Source: a bacterium
GTDB taxonomy: Bacteria; Nitrospirota; Thermodesulfovibrionia; Thermodesulfovibrionales; JdFR-85
Assembly: GCA_036244995.1 (NCBI GenBank)
Contig: BTTF01000001.1
Coordinates: 1 to 53,862, forward strand
DNA length: 53,862 nucleotides
Direction: 5' to 3'
Of this stretch, positions 17,625-26,570 are shown one piece after another. The position numbers and the translations under genes were made by a program. The notes below the pieces were generated by a model. It was not told where the DNA came from. It saw only the letters and a program-made list of their open reading frames with translations, and ran no database searches. Positions within the stretch are counted from its first letter, which is position 1. Every line of letters begins with the position of its first letter.

Positions 17625-19250
17625 CTACATCGGGCAGATTATCCTGCCGAGGACCTCTGTCAGTCTGAGGTTTTCGGTATAATCAACCGGACAGTCAATC
17701 AGCACAGGTCCTTTTTCGCTAAAGGCATCCTTCAGCATGATCTCAAGATGGTCATCCCTCTCAACCCTGAAGCCCCTGAAACCGAAACCTTCGGCCAGCT
17801 TAACCCAATCAGGGTTTCCATACCTCGTAAAAAACTCCCGCTTGTAATTTATCAGCTCCTTCCACTCAATAAGGCCCAACCCTTTATCATTATAAACAAT
17901 AATGACAATATCAAGGCCAAGCCTCTTTGCAGTCTCAAGCTCTCCAAGGCTCATCATCAAGCCTCCATCCCCTGTAACTGCAATCACTTTTCTTTCAGGA
18001 TACAGGAGTTTTGCAGCAATCGCCCCGGGGATGGATATACCCATTGCAGACAATCCGTTTGAGATAATCACCCTGTTTTCCCTCAAGGGTCTCAGGAATC
18101 TTGCAAGCCATATCTTGTGGGCGCCGACATCCGAGATTACGATATCATCATCATTAAGCACTGACCTCAATGCCTTTACAATTCTTATTGGTTTCAGTGG
18201 ATATCCACTTTCCGGAAAATCATCCTCGCATATAACCAAATCCCTCAGCGTATTGTAACAGGAAGGGTCCTTTGGAGCAGTTATCTTCTCAGTCAGATAA
18301 TCAAGGGACTTGTTGATATCACCCACAACCTCAAGCCCACAGTAATGAGAGTCCACTTCTGCCCCTGTTGTGTCAATATGAATAATGGTTTTATTTCCCT
18401 CAGGGTTCCAGTACTCCGGAGGAAACTCTACCGTATCGTATCCAATAGTGATTATCAGGTCAGCCATCTCAAATCCGCAGGATATGTAATCACGGCTCTG
18501 AAGCCCCACTGTTGATATAAAACATTCATCCTCTGAGGCAATCACACCCATTCCCATAAAAGTCGTTGTTACACCTATGAGTGATTTACCTATAAATCTC
18601 CTTAATGCCTCAGACGCCCCTGATCTTACGACTCCATTACCCGCAATAATAATGGGGAATCCTGCATCATTGATAAGACTTGCCGCCTTTTCGAGCAAGG
18701 CATCAGGAGGCGATGGATATACAATCTCTTCGGGGCGGAGTGGCCTTGCATCCGTATGCTTCAGCGCGATATCCTCAGGGAGCTCTATATGTACAGGCCC
18801 CTTCTTCTCCGTCCTTGAAACCTTGAATGCCTTTTTTACAATCTCGGTTAATGTCCCGGGCATGGTGACCCGTGTATTCCATTTGGTTATTGGGTTAAAC
18901 AGGGAAAGGATATCTATGTATTGATGCGACTCCTTATGTATCTTTGACAGCGCTACCTGGGCCGTAATTGCAACAAGGGGTGAGAAGTCAAGGACTGCAT
19001 CGGCAACACCTGTGATCAGATTTGTTGCGCCGGGGCCGAGTGTGCTCAAACAGACCCCGGGCCTGCCGCTCAACCTGCCATAAACGTTTGCCATGAAGGC
19101 AGCGCCCCGCTCGTCCCTTGTGAGTATGAATTTTATATTCGAGGAAGCAAGGGCGTTGAGGAACTCAAGGTTCTCTTCGCCGGGAATGCCAAAGATGTAT
19201 TCCACTCCCTCTGCTTCAAGACACCTGACAAAGAGGTCCGAAACCTTCAT
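17625..19250 (-). CDS. Thiamine-pyrophosphate enzyme, acetolactate synthase large subunit-like
   Basis: MKVSDLFVRCLEAEGVEYIFGIPGEENL..., GPGATNL, and the TPP-binding GDGG...N motif near the C-terminus. The start is set at M34 of the tracked ORF (19250). Confidence 0.8.
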   Translation of the reverse strand: MKVSDLFVRCLEAEGVEYIFGIPGEENLEFLNALASSNIKFILTRDERGAAFMANVYGRLSGRPGVCLSTLGPGATNLITGVADAVLDFSPLVAITAQVALSKIHKESHQYIDILSLFNPITKWNTRVTMPGTLTEIVKKAFKVSRTEKKGPVHIELPEDIALKHTDARPLRPEEIVYPSPPDALLEKAASLINDAGFPIIIAGNGVVRSGASEALRRFIGKSLIGVTTTFMGMGVIASEDECFISTVGLQSRDYISCGFEMADLIITIGYDTVEFPPEYWNPEGNKTIIHIDTTGAEVDSHYCGLEVVGDINKSLDYLTEKITAPKDPSCYNTLRDLVICEDDFPESGYPLKPIRIVKALRSVLNDDDIVISDVGAHKIWLARFLRPLRENRVIISNGLSAMGISIPGAIAAKLLYPERKVIAVTGDGGLMMSLGELETAKRLGLDIVIIVYNDKGLGLIEWKELINYKREFFTRYGNPDWVKLAEGFGFRGFRVERDDHLEIMLKDAFSEKGPVLIDCPVDYTENLRLTEVLGRIICPM

Positions 19251-19384
19251 GCGGACATTATAGCAAAAAACAGGCGCTGCTTGACCCTGAAGGTATGGGA
19301 AAGGACAAGGACATGAAGTTGACAGGCTTCCTTTCAGCATTTTCCGCACTTGAGTTTTAAAAAGCTTTACTGATAAAGTAATTC

Positions 19385-19804
19385 ATGATGCGGATCGCAG
19401 TCGTAGATGGGCAGGGTGGCGGTATCGGGAGCACGGTTGTAAAGAGGCTGAGGGAGGAATTTGGAGCCGATGTAGAGATATTGGCCCTTGGCACAAACTC
19501 GGCTGCCACCTCAGCGATGATGAAGGCCCGGGCCAATAAAGGCGCAACAGGTGAAAACGCCATCATTCGCAATACCGGAAAGGTGGATGTAATTGTAGGG
19601 CCACTCAGTATCGTGCTTGCCAATGGAATGCTCGGGGAGCTGACGCCGGGCATTGCAGAGGCCATAGCTTCTTCAATGGCAAGGAAGATACTTCTTCCAA
19701 TCAACCAGGAAGGTGTTGAGATTGCCGGTATACAGAGGGAACCCCTTCCACACCTGATAGAGAAGGTGGTAGAATATTTAAAACCCGCAATAAGAGGGAG
19801 GTAA
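19385..19804 (+). CDS. DUF3842-family protein
   Basis: 139 aa. MRIAVVDGQGGGIGS...LALGTNSAATSAMMKA...GENAI matches my recollection of DUF3842. Confidence 0.6.
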   Translation: MMRIAVVDGQGGGIGSTVVKRLREEFGADVEILALGTNSAATSAMMKARANKGATGENAIIRNTGKVDVIVGPLSIVLANGMLGELTPGIAEAIASSMARKILLPINQEGVEIAGIQREPLPHLIEKVVEYLKPAIRGR

Positions 19805-19808
19805 TATA

Positions 19809-20003
19809 ATGTGTGAAGCGAATGCCTATATTGATGACAACGGTGAGGAGTCTCTGTATCTTGAAAATGTGGATATCCTCAGACCTGAGGGAGACAGGAT
19901 ATTCATGCGCAACCTTTTTGGGGAACAGAAGGAATTTGAAGGGAGAATAAAGGAGATATCACTTATCAAGCACCGTATTGTACTGGAAAAAATAAAAACC
20001 TGA
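19809..20003 (+). CDS. CooT-family nickel-binding protein
   Basis: 64 aa. It starts MCEANAY, and this Cys2 N-terminus and size are characteristic of the CooT family. Confidence 0.65.
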   Translation: MCEANAYIDDNGEESLYLENVDILRPEGDRIFMRNLFGEQKEFEGRIKEISLIKHRIVLEKIKT

Positions 20004-20022
20004 AACCAAAGTTGAGGTAAAA

Positions 20023-20838
20023 ATGAAAAAAACCATTGTTATAATGATGACTATCCTTACAGGCATGGTACTGCTGTTTGTTGCCGAAACAGGAGCATCA
20101 GCCTTTGGTGGATGTGAACAGGATTGCGGAAAGTGTCACTCCTTATCAAAGGGGGAGGCACAGGAGACGTTAAAGCAGCTGATCCCCGACATTAAAGTCC
20201 TCGGGGTCAGGATGTCCCCGTCAAGGGGGCTCTGGGAAGTATCACTGGAGACACATGGCAAAAAGGGTATTGCCTATATGGACTTCTCAAAAGAAAATGT
20301 CATCATCGGTCAAATTGTTAAGATAAAAACGAAGAAGAACCTCACCAGAAAACGGCTGATGGAGCTTAACAGTGTGGATTTTGCACAGATTCCCCTCAAT
20401 GATGCCCTTGTTATGGGTGACCCGAATGCAACTTATAAGGTCGTTGTCTTTGACGACCCGGACTGTCCATTTTGTGCAAAACTCCACAAGGAGCTAAAAA
20501 AAGTTGTTGAAAAGAGAAAAGACATAGCATTTTTTATCAAACTCTTTCCCTTGAAAATGCACAAAGATGCCTACCGGAAGGCCGTGGCTATCCAATGTAA
20601 GAAGTCCTTACAGCTTTTAGAGGATGCCTTTGCAAAAAAGGATATCCCCGACCCTGAATGTAAAACAGATATTATAGACAAGAACATTGAACTTGCCGGG
20701 AAACTCGGCATAACCGGCACACCAACCATTGTACTGGAGAACGGCAAGGTCCTTGGTGGTGCAATAAAGGCAGGGCAGCTTATAGAGCTTATTAACGATA
20801 AAGGGAACGGCTCCGGAGCAGATGAGACAAAAAAGTAA
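20023..20838 (+). CDS. DsbC-family thiol:disulfide interchange protein with an extra N-terminal Cys cluster
   Basis: Signal peptide. Thioredoxin-fold active site DDPDCPFCAKLH. Directly after the signal peptide lies GGCEQDCGKCHS, which contains a CXXCH-type motif. Confidence 0.8.
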   Translation: MKKTIVIMMTILTGMVLLFVAETGASAFGGCEQDCGKCHSLSKGEAQETLKQLIPDIKVLGVRMSPSRGLWEVSLETHGKKGIAYMDFSKENVIIGQIVKIKTKKNLTRKRLMELNSVDFAQIPLNDALVMGDPNATYKVVVFDDPDCPFCAKLHKELKKVVEKRKDIAFFIKLFPLKMHKDAYRKAVAIQCKKSLQLLEDAFAKKDIPDPECKTDIIDKNIELAGKLGITGTPTIVLENGKVLGGAIKAGQLIELINDKGNGSGADETKK

Positions 20839-20866
20839 ATATTCAGCTTTTATTTATGACCCTTGC

Positions 20867-20887
20867 AGACCTCTGAGAGGTCTTTTT
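20867..20887 (+). terminator. Rho-independent terminator after the DsbC-like gene
   Basis: AGACCTC-TGA-GAGGTCT (7-bp stem) followed by TTTTT. A second hairpin (AGCAAAAAG 20927-20935 with CTTTTTGCT 20952-20960, then TTTTT) follows it. Confidence 0.65.
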
Positions 20888-20966
20888 GTGAATTCTCCCC
20901 CTGTCGTATAAGAGTTCCCTGTCATAAGCAAAAAGACAGCTTTTCATCTGCCTTTTTGCTTTTTTC

Positions 20967-21022
20967 TTGACTAATATTTTTTTGAACAATTATTATAGCT
21001 GTGCTGTTGAATAATGCAATGA
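20967..21022 (+). promoter_or_regulatory. Sigma-70-like promoter plus conserved box, copy 1 (upstream of CBS/permease module 1)
   Basis: TTGACT 20967-20972, 18-nt spacer, TATTAT 20991-20996, then the box TTGAATAATGCAATGA at 21007-21022, which begins 11 nt after the -10. Confidence 0.5.
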
Positions 21023-21058
21023 CCATGTTGCGTTTAAAAACGTTCTGTGGAGGTTTAC

Positions 21059-21553
21059 GTGAAGGCAAAAGATATTATGGAGCAGGTAAAGGATTATTTA
21101 TCTCCTGACGACACCATCAGGAACGCCGTAAACAAGATGAGAGTTGTGAAGAGAGACGATGGTATAGTTGGCTTGAAAGGTATGATAGTGCTCGACAGCG
21201 AAGGCAACCTGGTCGGAATGGTTTCGGTTAAAGACATACTCAAGGCGATTATACCTTTTTATATGACGATGACGGAACTTGGGGAGTTTACATGGGAGGG
21301 GATGCTTGCGGAGATGACAAAAAAGGTGGCCGACAGGAAGGTGGAGGAGATAATGGTGAAGGATGTAATAACAGTTTCCGGGGATGCCCCGCTCATGGAG
21401 TGTGCCGATCTTATTATCAAACATAATCTCCAGAGGGTTCCTGTATTAAATAAAGACAAGAAAGTCGTTGGCATCATCTACGTGCGGGACCTCTATCATG
21501 CAATTGTAAAAGTTCTCCTGGATGACAAGGGGGAAGGGGTACATAATCTATGA
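21059..21553 (+). CDS. CBS-pair domain protein (module 1)
   Basis: Two CBS motifs (VKAKDIME... and VEEIMVKDVITV...LQRVPVLN...GIIYVRDL). The GTG start at 21059 is preferred: GGAGG lies 5 nt upstream and the N-terminus matches copy 2. The stop overlaps the next start (ATGA). Confidence 0.8.
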   Translation: MKAKDIMEQVKDYLSPDDTIRNAVNKMRVVKRDDGIVGLKGMIVLDSEGNLVGMVSVKDILKAIIPFYMTMTELGEFTWEGMLAEMTKKVADRKVEEIMVKDVITVSGDAPLMECADLIIKHNLQRVPVLNKDKKVVGIIYVRDLYHAIVKVLLDDKGEGVHNL

Positions 21554-22920
21554 CTCACGAAGCTGCCGCGGCATCCCAGCCCTTTGTAATGGACACAACC
21601 TTCTGGACTGCCACGACCATATTCCTGATCTCCTACGTTGTCATAATATCGGAAAAGGTACACAAGACAGTGGTTGCAGTCTTCGCTGCATCCCTGATGC
21701 TTGTGTTGAAAATACTTTCGCAGTATGAGGCTTTTCACGTTGAGGAATTAGGGGTGGACTGGAATGTTATCTTCCTGCTTATCGGAATGATGATAATAAT
21801 CAATCTTATGCGACCGACCGGTTTTTTTGAATATATAGCCATTAAAAGTGCAAAGGCCGGCAAGGGTGACCCCATGAGGATAATGATAATATTCGCGATT
21901 ATTACAGCAGTGTTGAGCGCGCTTCTTGACAATGTTACCACAGTGCTCCTGCTTGCCCCGGTCACTCTCCTGATTGCAGATGCCCTTGAGGTTGATCCGA
22001 TTCCGTTCCTGATTGTTGAGGCCATTGCATCCAATATCGGAGGCACTGCCACACTTATCGGTGACCCTCCAAATATCATGATTGCCTCAAAGGCAAAACT
22101 CAATTTCATGGATTTCATATACAATCTTACGCCGATTGTTATCATATTGATGGTTGTCCTTCTCCTTATTATCAAGATAGTCTTTGGCAGGAAACTGAAG
22201 ACCAGAGAAGAACTCAAACAGAGAATAATGCAGATGAACGAAAACGAGGCAATAAAAGACCCGTTAATGCTCAAAAAATCTCTCTTCGTCCTCGCCCTCG
22301 TACTTGTCGGGTTTGTATTTCATGGAACACTTCACCTCCAGCCTGCCACAGTAGCACTCTTCGGTGCAGGCCTGTTGCTTCTGCTGTCGGGCACCCATGA
22401 ACCACACCACGTCCTTGCCGAAGTCGAGTGGCCCACCATATTTTTCTTTATAGGTCTCTTCATACTTGTCGGTGGAGTGGTAAAGGTTGGGCTCATTAAA
22501 TGGATGTCTCTAAAAATGCTCGCCCTGACGCAGGGCAATCTCCTTGCAACAAGCATGATCGTAATGTGGTTCTCTGCCATAGCATCCGCAATCGTTGACA
22601 ATATTCCCTATGTTGCCACCATGAATCCCCTGATAATCGATATGGCAAAACAGATGTGGCCCCAGGAGACAGGACTGGCCCTCCTCAGGCATCCCGACCT
22701 GCTGCCTATCTGGTGGTCATTGGCACTCGGGGCATGTCTTGGGGGTAACGGCTCACCAATTGGCGCCTCAGCAAACGTAATAGTAGTTGGTATGGCCGAG
22801 AAGGCAGGGAAAAAGATATCCTTCATGAGATTTGTTGCATATGGATTCCCGATAATGCTTTTGACTGTCTTTATCTCCATGATATACGTGTGGCTGAGGT
22901 ATTACGTCCTTAAATGGTAA
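21550..22920 (+). CDS. ArsB/NhaD-superfamily (ion transporter superfamily, SLC13/CitMHS-like) permease (module 1)
   Basis: 456 aa with about 10-12 TM helices. LLDNVTTVLLLAPV and GGTATLIGDPPNIMIAS are typical of ArsB/NhaD/YbiR-type permeases. The substrate cannot be inferred. Confidence 0.75.
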   Translation: MTHEAAAASQPFVMDTTFWTATTIFLISYVVIISEKVHKTVVAVFAASLMLVLKILSQYEAFHVEELGVDWNVIFLLIGMMIIINLMRPTGFFEYIAIKSAKAGKGDPMRIMIIFAIITAVLSALLDNVTTVLLLAPVTLLIADALEVDPIPFLIVEAIASNIGGTATLIGDPPNIMIASKAKLNFMDFIYNLTPIVIILMVVLLLIIKIVFGRKLKTREELKQRIMQMNENEAIKDPLMLKKSLFVLALVLVGFVFHGTLHLQPATVALFGAGLLLLLSGTHEPHHVLAEVEWPTIFFFIGLFILVGGVVKVGLIKWMSLKMLALTQGNLLATSMIVMWFSAIASAIVDNIPYVATMNPLIIDMAKQMWPQETGLALLRHPDLLPIWWSLALGACLGGNGSPIGASANVIVVGMAEKAGKKISFMRFVAYGFPIMLLTVFISMIYVWLRYYVLKW

Positions 22921-23054
22921 TATCCCGCCATTGATAATCCGGTTAAAATACACGATAAGCTTCAGGGGGGGGGCCTCAACGGTTTGAACTCCTTCCGTCC
23001 TGCCGACGTATAATTTACTTTTAATCTCCTATAAAAATAAAAAATCCCACTTGC

Positions 23055-23111
23055 TTGACTAAGGATTTCCCCTGGCATTATGATACCCTGTATGGTTGCG
23101 TAATGCAATAT
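23055..23111 (+). promoter_or_regulatory. Sigma-70-like promoter plus conserved box, copy 2
   Basis: TTGACT 23055-23060, 18-nt spacer, TATGAT 23079-23084, and the box TTGCGTAATGCAATAT at 23096-23111. The upstream AAAATAAAAAATC(C/G)CCA(C/T)TT stretch is shared with copy 3. Confidence 0.55.
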
Positions 23112-23149
23112 TTGCTGTTTCAGTAAATCACAACCAAATGGAGGGTCAT

Positions 23150-23638
23150 GTGAAGGCGAAAGATATAATGGAACCGGTTAAAGATACCTTGACCCCGGAG
23201 ACCACCCTGAAAGATGCGGTTAACAGGATGAGGGTTGCCGGAAGGGGAGATGGCCGGGCCGGAGCAAAGGGTATGATTGTCCTTGATAATGGGAAGCTTG
23301 CAGGTATTGTCTCAATCAAGGATATCCTTAAGGCTATTATACCATCATACATGACCCTAACCGAACTCGGCGAGTTCACCTGGGACGGGATGCTCGAGGA
23401 GATGGCAAAAAAGGTCTCCGACAAGAAGGTAGAGGAGATCATGACAAGGAATGTGATAACTGTTTCAGAGGACGCCCCGCTCATGGAGTGTGCCGATCAT
23501 GTCGTTAAGTACAACCTCCAGAGGATTCCAGTGCTGAACAGAGATAAGAAGGTAGTTGGTATTATATACGTCCGGGATATCTATTATGCGATTGTCCGGG
23601 CCCTTTTTGACAATTTTGATAAGGAGGAAAAGAGATGA
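23150..23638 (+). CDS. CBS-pair domain protein (module 2)
   Basis: Paralog of 21059-21553, identical at most aligned positions by eye. GTG start at 23150 with GGAGGG 4 nt upstream. ATGA overlap with the next gene. Confidence 0.8.
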   Translation: MKAKDIMEPVKDTLTPETTLKDAVNRMRVAGRGDGRAGAKGMIVLDNGKLAGIVSIKDILKAIIPSYMTLTELGEFTWDGMLEEMAKKVSDKKVEEIMTRNVITVSEDAPLMECADHVVKYNLQRIPVLNRDKKVVGIIYVRDIYYAIVRALFDNFDKEEKR

Positions 23639-25005
23639 CACATGAAGCTGCCACAGCCTCACAGTCTTTTGTTATGGACACAACCTTCTGGACAGCCACT
23701 ATAATATTCCTCCTCGCCTATGCATTAATTATTTCAGAGAAAGTACATAAAACGGTTGTAGCCATCTTTGCTGCAGCCCTGATGATTGTGCTCAAGATAC
23801 TGGAGCAGAAAGAGGCCTTTCATTCTGAAGTGTTAGGTATAGACTGGAATGTCATATTCCTCCTCCTTTCAATGATGATAATAATCAATCTCATGAAACC
23901 AACCGGTTTTTTTGAGTACATTGCCATTAAAAGCGCTAAACTGGGAAAGGGCGAGCCAATGAGGATAATGACCATATTTACAATTGTTACGGCTATCCTG
24001 AGCGCCATTCTTGACAATGTTACCACAGTGCTCCTTATTGCCCCTGTTACCCTGCTCATCGCAGATGCACTTGAGATCGACCCGATACCCTTTTTGATTG
24101 CCGAGGCGCTCGCCTCCAATATAGGCGGCACCGCCACACTAATAGGTGACCCTCCCAATATCATGATAGCCTCAAAGGCACATTTTGATTTCATGGACTT
24201 TATCTATAACCTGACACCTGCAATCATTGTAGTAATGGCTGCCTTCCTCTTTATCCTGAAAATAATGTTCGGCAAGAAGCTCCATGTCAGGCCTGAACTG
24301 AAACAAAGGATATTGGAAATGAATGAAAGAGACGCTATAAAAGACCCGCTTATGCTTAAAAAGTCGCTCTTTGTCCTCTCAATTGTTATAGTTGGTTTTG
24401 TCCTGCATGGCATGTTCAACTATGAACCGGCAACAGTGGCCCTGTTTGGAGCAGGACTTCTACTACTGCTTTCAGGCACTCACGAACCACACAAAGTCCT
24501 TGCCGAGATTGAGTGGCCGACCATATTCTTTTTTATGGGACTCTTTATCATCATCGGGGGTGTCGTCAAGGTCGGGCTTATTAAATGGATGTCCATAGAG
24601 GTGCTTGCAATTACGCATGGAAACATGTTTGCAACGAGCATGCTAATAATGTGGTTTTCTGCCGTTGCCTCTGCCTTTGTAGATAATATTCCCTACGTTG
24701 CAACAATGAATCCCTTAATAATCGATATGGCTCATCAGGTCTGGCCGCACCTTCAGGGCTTAAAACTCCTGCATAATCCTGAACTCATGCCCGTTTGGTG
24801 GTCTCTATCTCTTGGCGCATGTCTTGGGGGTAACGGCACGGCTATCGGGGCATCTGCAAATGTGATTGTAATCGGGCTGGCCGAACGGGCAGGAAAGAAG
24901 ATATCCTTTATAAGGTTTATGGCCTACGGAATGCCCGTTATGATACTAACGGTATTTATATCTACTATTTATGTCTGGCTGAGATACTATATATTAAAGA
25001 TATAG
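23635..25005 (+). CDS. ArsB/NhaD-superfamily permease (module 2)
   Basis: 456 aa, the same length as 21550-22920 and collinear with it. The large majority of residues are identical by eye. Confidence 0.75.
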   Translation: MTHEAATASQSFVMDTTFWTATIIFLLAYALIISEKVHKTVVAIFAAALMIVLKILEQKEAFHSEVLGIDWNVIFLLLSMMIIINLMKPTGFFEYIAIKSAKLGKGEPMRIMTIFTIVTAILSAILDNVTTVLLIAPVTLLIADALEIDPIPFLIAEALASNIGGTATLIGDPPNIMIASKAHFDFMDFIYNLTPAIIVVMAAFLFILKIMFGKKLHVRPELKQRILEMNERDAIKDPLMLKKSLFVLSIVIVGFVLHGMFNYEPATVALFGAGLLLLLSGTHEPHKVLAEIEWPTIFFFMGLFIIIGGVVKVGLIKWMSIEVLAITHGNMFATSMLIMWFSAVASAFVDNIPYVATMNPLIIDMAHQVWPHLQGLKLLHNPELMPVWWSLSLGACLGGNGTAIGASANVIVIGLAERAGKKISFIRFMAYGMPVMILTVFISTIYVWLRYYILKI

Positions 25006-25074
25006 GAAATATCTTGATATCCGGACCTATAACTTCCCTTTAATATCCTATTAAAATAAAAAATCGCCATTTTC

Positions 25075-25130
25075 TTGACATATCTGCCAACAGAAGATTA
25101 TCATATCCTTGCAATTGCGTATTGCAATAT
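25075..25130 (+). promoter_or_regulatory. Sigma-70-like promoter plus conserved box, copy 3 (upstream of the TauE operon)
   Basis: TTGACA 25075-25080, 18-nt spacer, TATCAT 25099-25104, and the box TTGCGTATTGCAATAT at 25115-25130. Extra TTGCAAT half-sites flank it at 25109-25115 and 25136-25142. Confidence 0.55.
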
Positions 25131-25182
25131 TATCGTTGCAATAATCAACAGCACTGAATAGATGAATAAGGAGGCAATATTG

Positions 25183-26148
25183 ATGTCACGCACTTTGCGA
25201 AGGTTTCTCTTCCTTTTTGCAGTAGTGGCTATAGTTACAGGATTTTACAGCATTGCATTCGGTGAAGAACAGATAGTAGAGGTTGCTCAGAACGGAAGCG
25301 CCATTGTTTGGTGGATGTGGCCGGTAATCCTGTTTGTCTTTACCTTTTTTCTCGGTATCCTGGCAGTTGTTGCAGGTGTTGGAGGCGGGGTGCTGTTTGT
25401 TCCTATAGTAAGCAGTTTTTTCCCCTTTAACCTTGATTTTGTAAGAGGTGCCGGCCTGCTGGTGGCCCTTACAGGAGCGCTCTCTGCAGGTCCCGGATTG
25501 CTCAAGCGCGGACTCGCAGATCTCAGACTTGCACTCCCTATGGCACTTATAGCCTCCACATGCTCAATCTTTGGCGCCATGGTCGGCCTTGCACTCCCTA
25601 CGAATGTAGTCCAGACCGCACTTGGGGCCACGATCATCATGATCGTTATCATTATGGCTACAGCCAAGCGCTCGGATTTTCCGGAAGTTAAGCAGGCTGA
25701 TACACTCTCTTCAGTCCTCAGGATAACAGGCGTTTATTATGAGGAGTCTGCCGGCAAGCAGATTAACTGGCAGATTCACAAAACACCCCTTGGTCTCGCA
25801 CTCTTTATAGTAATAGGCTTTATGGCAGGCATGTTCGGCCTCGGTGCCGGATGGGCAAACGTACCCGTCCTTAATCTTCTCCTCGGCGCACCACTGAAAA
25901 TCTCCGTGGCAACGAGCGTATTTCTGCTTTCCATAACTGATACAGCAGCAGCATGGGTATACATTAACAAGGGAGCGGTGCTGCCATTGATTGCAGTCCC
26001 TTCCGTTGCCGGAATGATGCTCGGCACGAGAATAGGTGTTAGAATACTGGCAAGGGCAAAGCCCAAGGCAGTAAAATGGATTGTCGTAACCATTCTCTTC
26101 CTTGCCGGATTCAGAGCACTCTTAAAAGGTCTTGGAATATGGGGGTGA
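25183..26148 (+). CDS. TauE/SafE-family anion exporter-like membrane protein
   Basis: Multi-TM protein with GVGGGVLFVP in the N-terminal half and a repeated G-rich motif (FGLGAGWANVP) in the C-terminal half, typical of TauE/SafE (DUF81). The start is set at the ATG at 25183 (AAGGAGG lies 8 nt upstream). Confidence 0.75.
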   Translation: MSRTLRRFLFLFAVVAIVTGFYSIAFGEEQIVEVAQNGSAIVWWMWPVILFVFTFFLGILAVVAGVGGGVLFVPIVSSFFPFNLDFVRGAGLLVALTGALSAGPGLLKRGLADLRLALPMALIASTCSIFGAMVGLALPTNVVQTALGATIIMIVIIMATAKRSDFPEVKQADTLSSVLRITGVYYEESAGKQINWQIHKTPLGLALFIVIGFMAGMFGLGAGWANVPVLNLLLGAPLKISVATSVFLLSITDTAAAWVYINKGAVLPLIAVPSVAGMMLGTRIGVRILARAKPKAVKWIVVTILFLAGFRALLKGLGIWG

Positions 26149-26154
26149 CAAATT

Positions 26155-26568
26155 ATGAGTAATAAAACGAAGCCATCGGAAGAACAGCTGAAATATGCAT
26201 CCGTCCTCCAAACAATATCCCTTGGGGGGCTGGCGCTCCTGGTCGTCGGGTTTTTTGTTTATTTAAGCGGCATCCTTCCAACCCTGATTCCGGCTTATGA
26301 AATCCCGGAATACTGGGGAATGAGGGTACACGATTTCGTTGAAAAAACAGGAATGCCAACCGGATGGGACTGGGTACCTTTACTTAATCATGGGGATATA
26401 GTAAGTTTTCTGGGAATAATCCTGTTGGCTGCAGGCACACTCGTCTGCTTTGCAGTTATACTTCCTAATTTTATACGCAAAAAAGATACGCCTTTTGTGA
26501 TTATTATCATTGTGCAAATCCTGGTCCTCTTGCTTGCAGCAAGCGGGTTTATTACAGGGGGTCATTAA
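26155..26568 (+). CDS. Small integral membrane protein (DUF1634-like?)
   Basis: 137 aa with 3-4 predicted TM helices, 6 nt downstream of the TauE gene. The family name is uncertain. Confidence 0.5.
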   Translation: MSNKTKPSEEQLKYASVLQTISLGGLALLVVGFFVYLSGILPTLIPAYEIPEYWGMRVHDFVEKTGMPTGWDWVPLLNHGDIVSFLGIILLAAGTLVCFAVILPNFIRKKDTPFVIIIIVQILVLLLAASGFITGGH

Positions 26569-26570
26569 AT

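Noticed and set aside
21001-21058. A fluoride (crcB-type) or other known small riboswitch in the CBS/permease leaders
   Set aside because: The leaders lack the GAUG...CUGAUGA-type conserved core of the fluoride riboswitch as I remember it. I could not match any other class by eye. The observation is kept only as an unclassified conserved box in the findings.
21735-22274. 179-aa minus-strand ORF (and the similar ORFs at 23820-24194, 22332-22601 and 24204-24419) inside the permease genes
   Set aside because: These are antisense shadows of the highly hydrophobic ArsB/NhaD permease ORFs. They have no independent start signals and no homology pattern.
23073-23088. CTGGCAT sequence that might be a sigma-54 -24 element in the copy-2 promoter
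   Set aside because: No GC or TTGC sits at the required 10-nt spacing (TGGCATTATGATACC). The same nucleotides fit better as the spacer and -10 (TATGAT) of a sigma-70-type promoter shared with copies 1 and 3.
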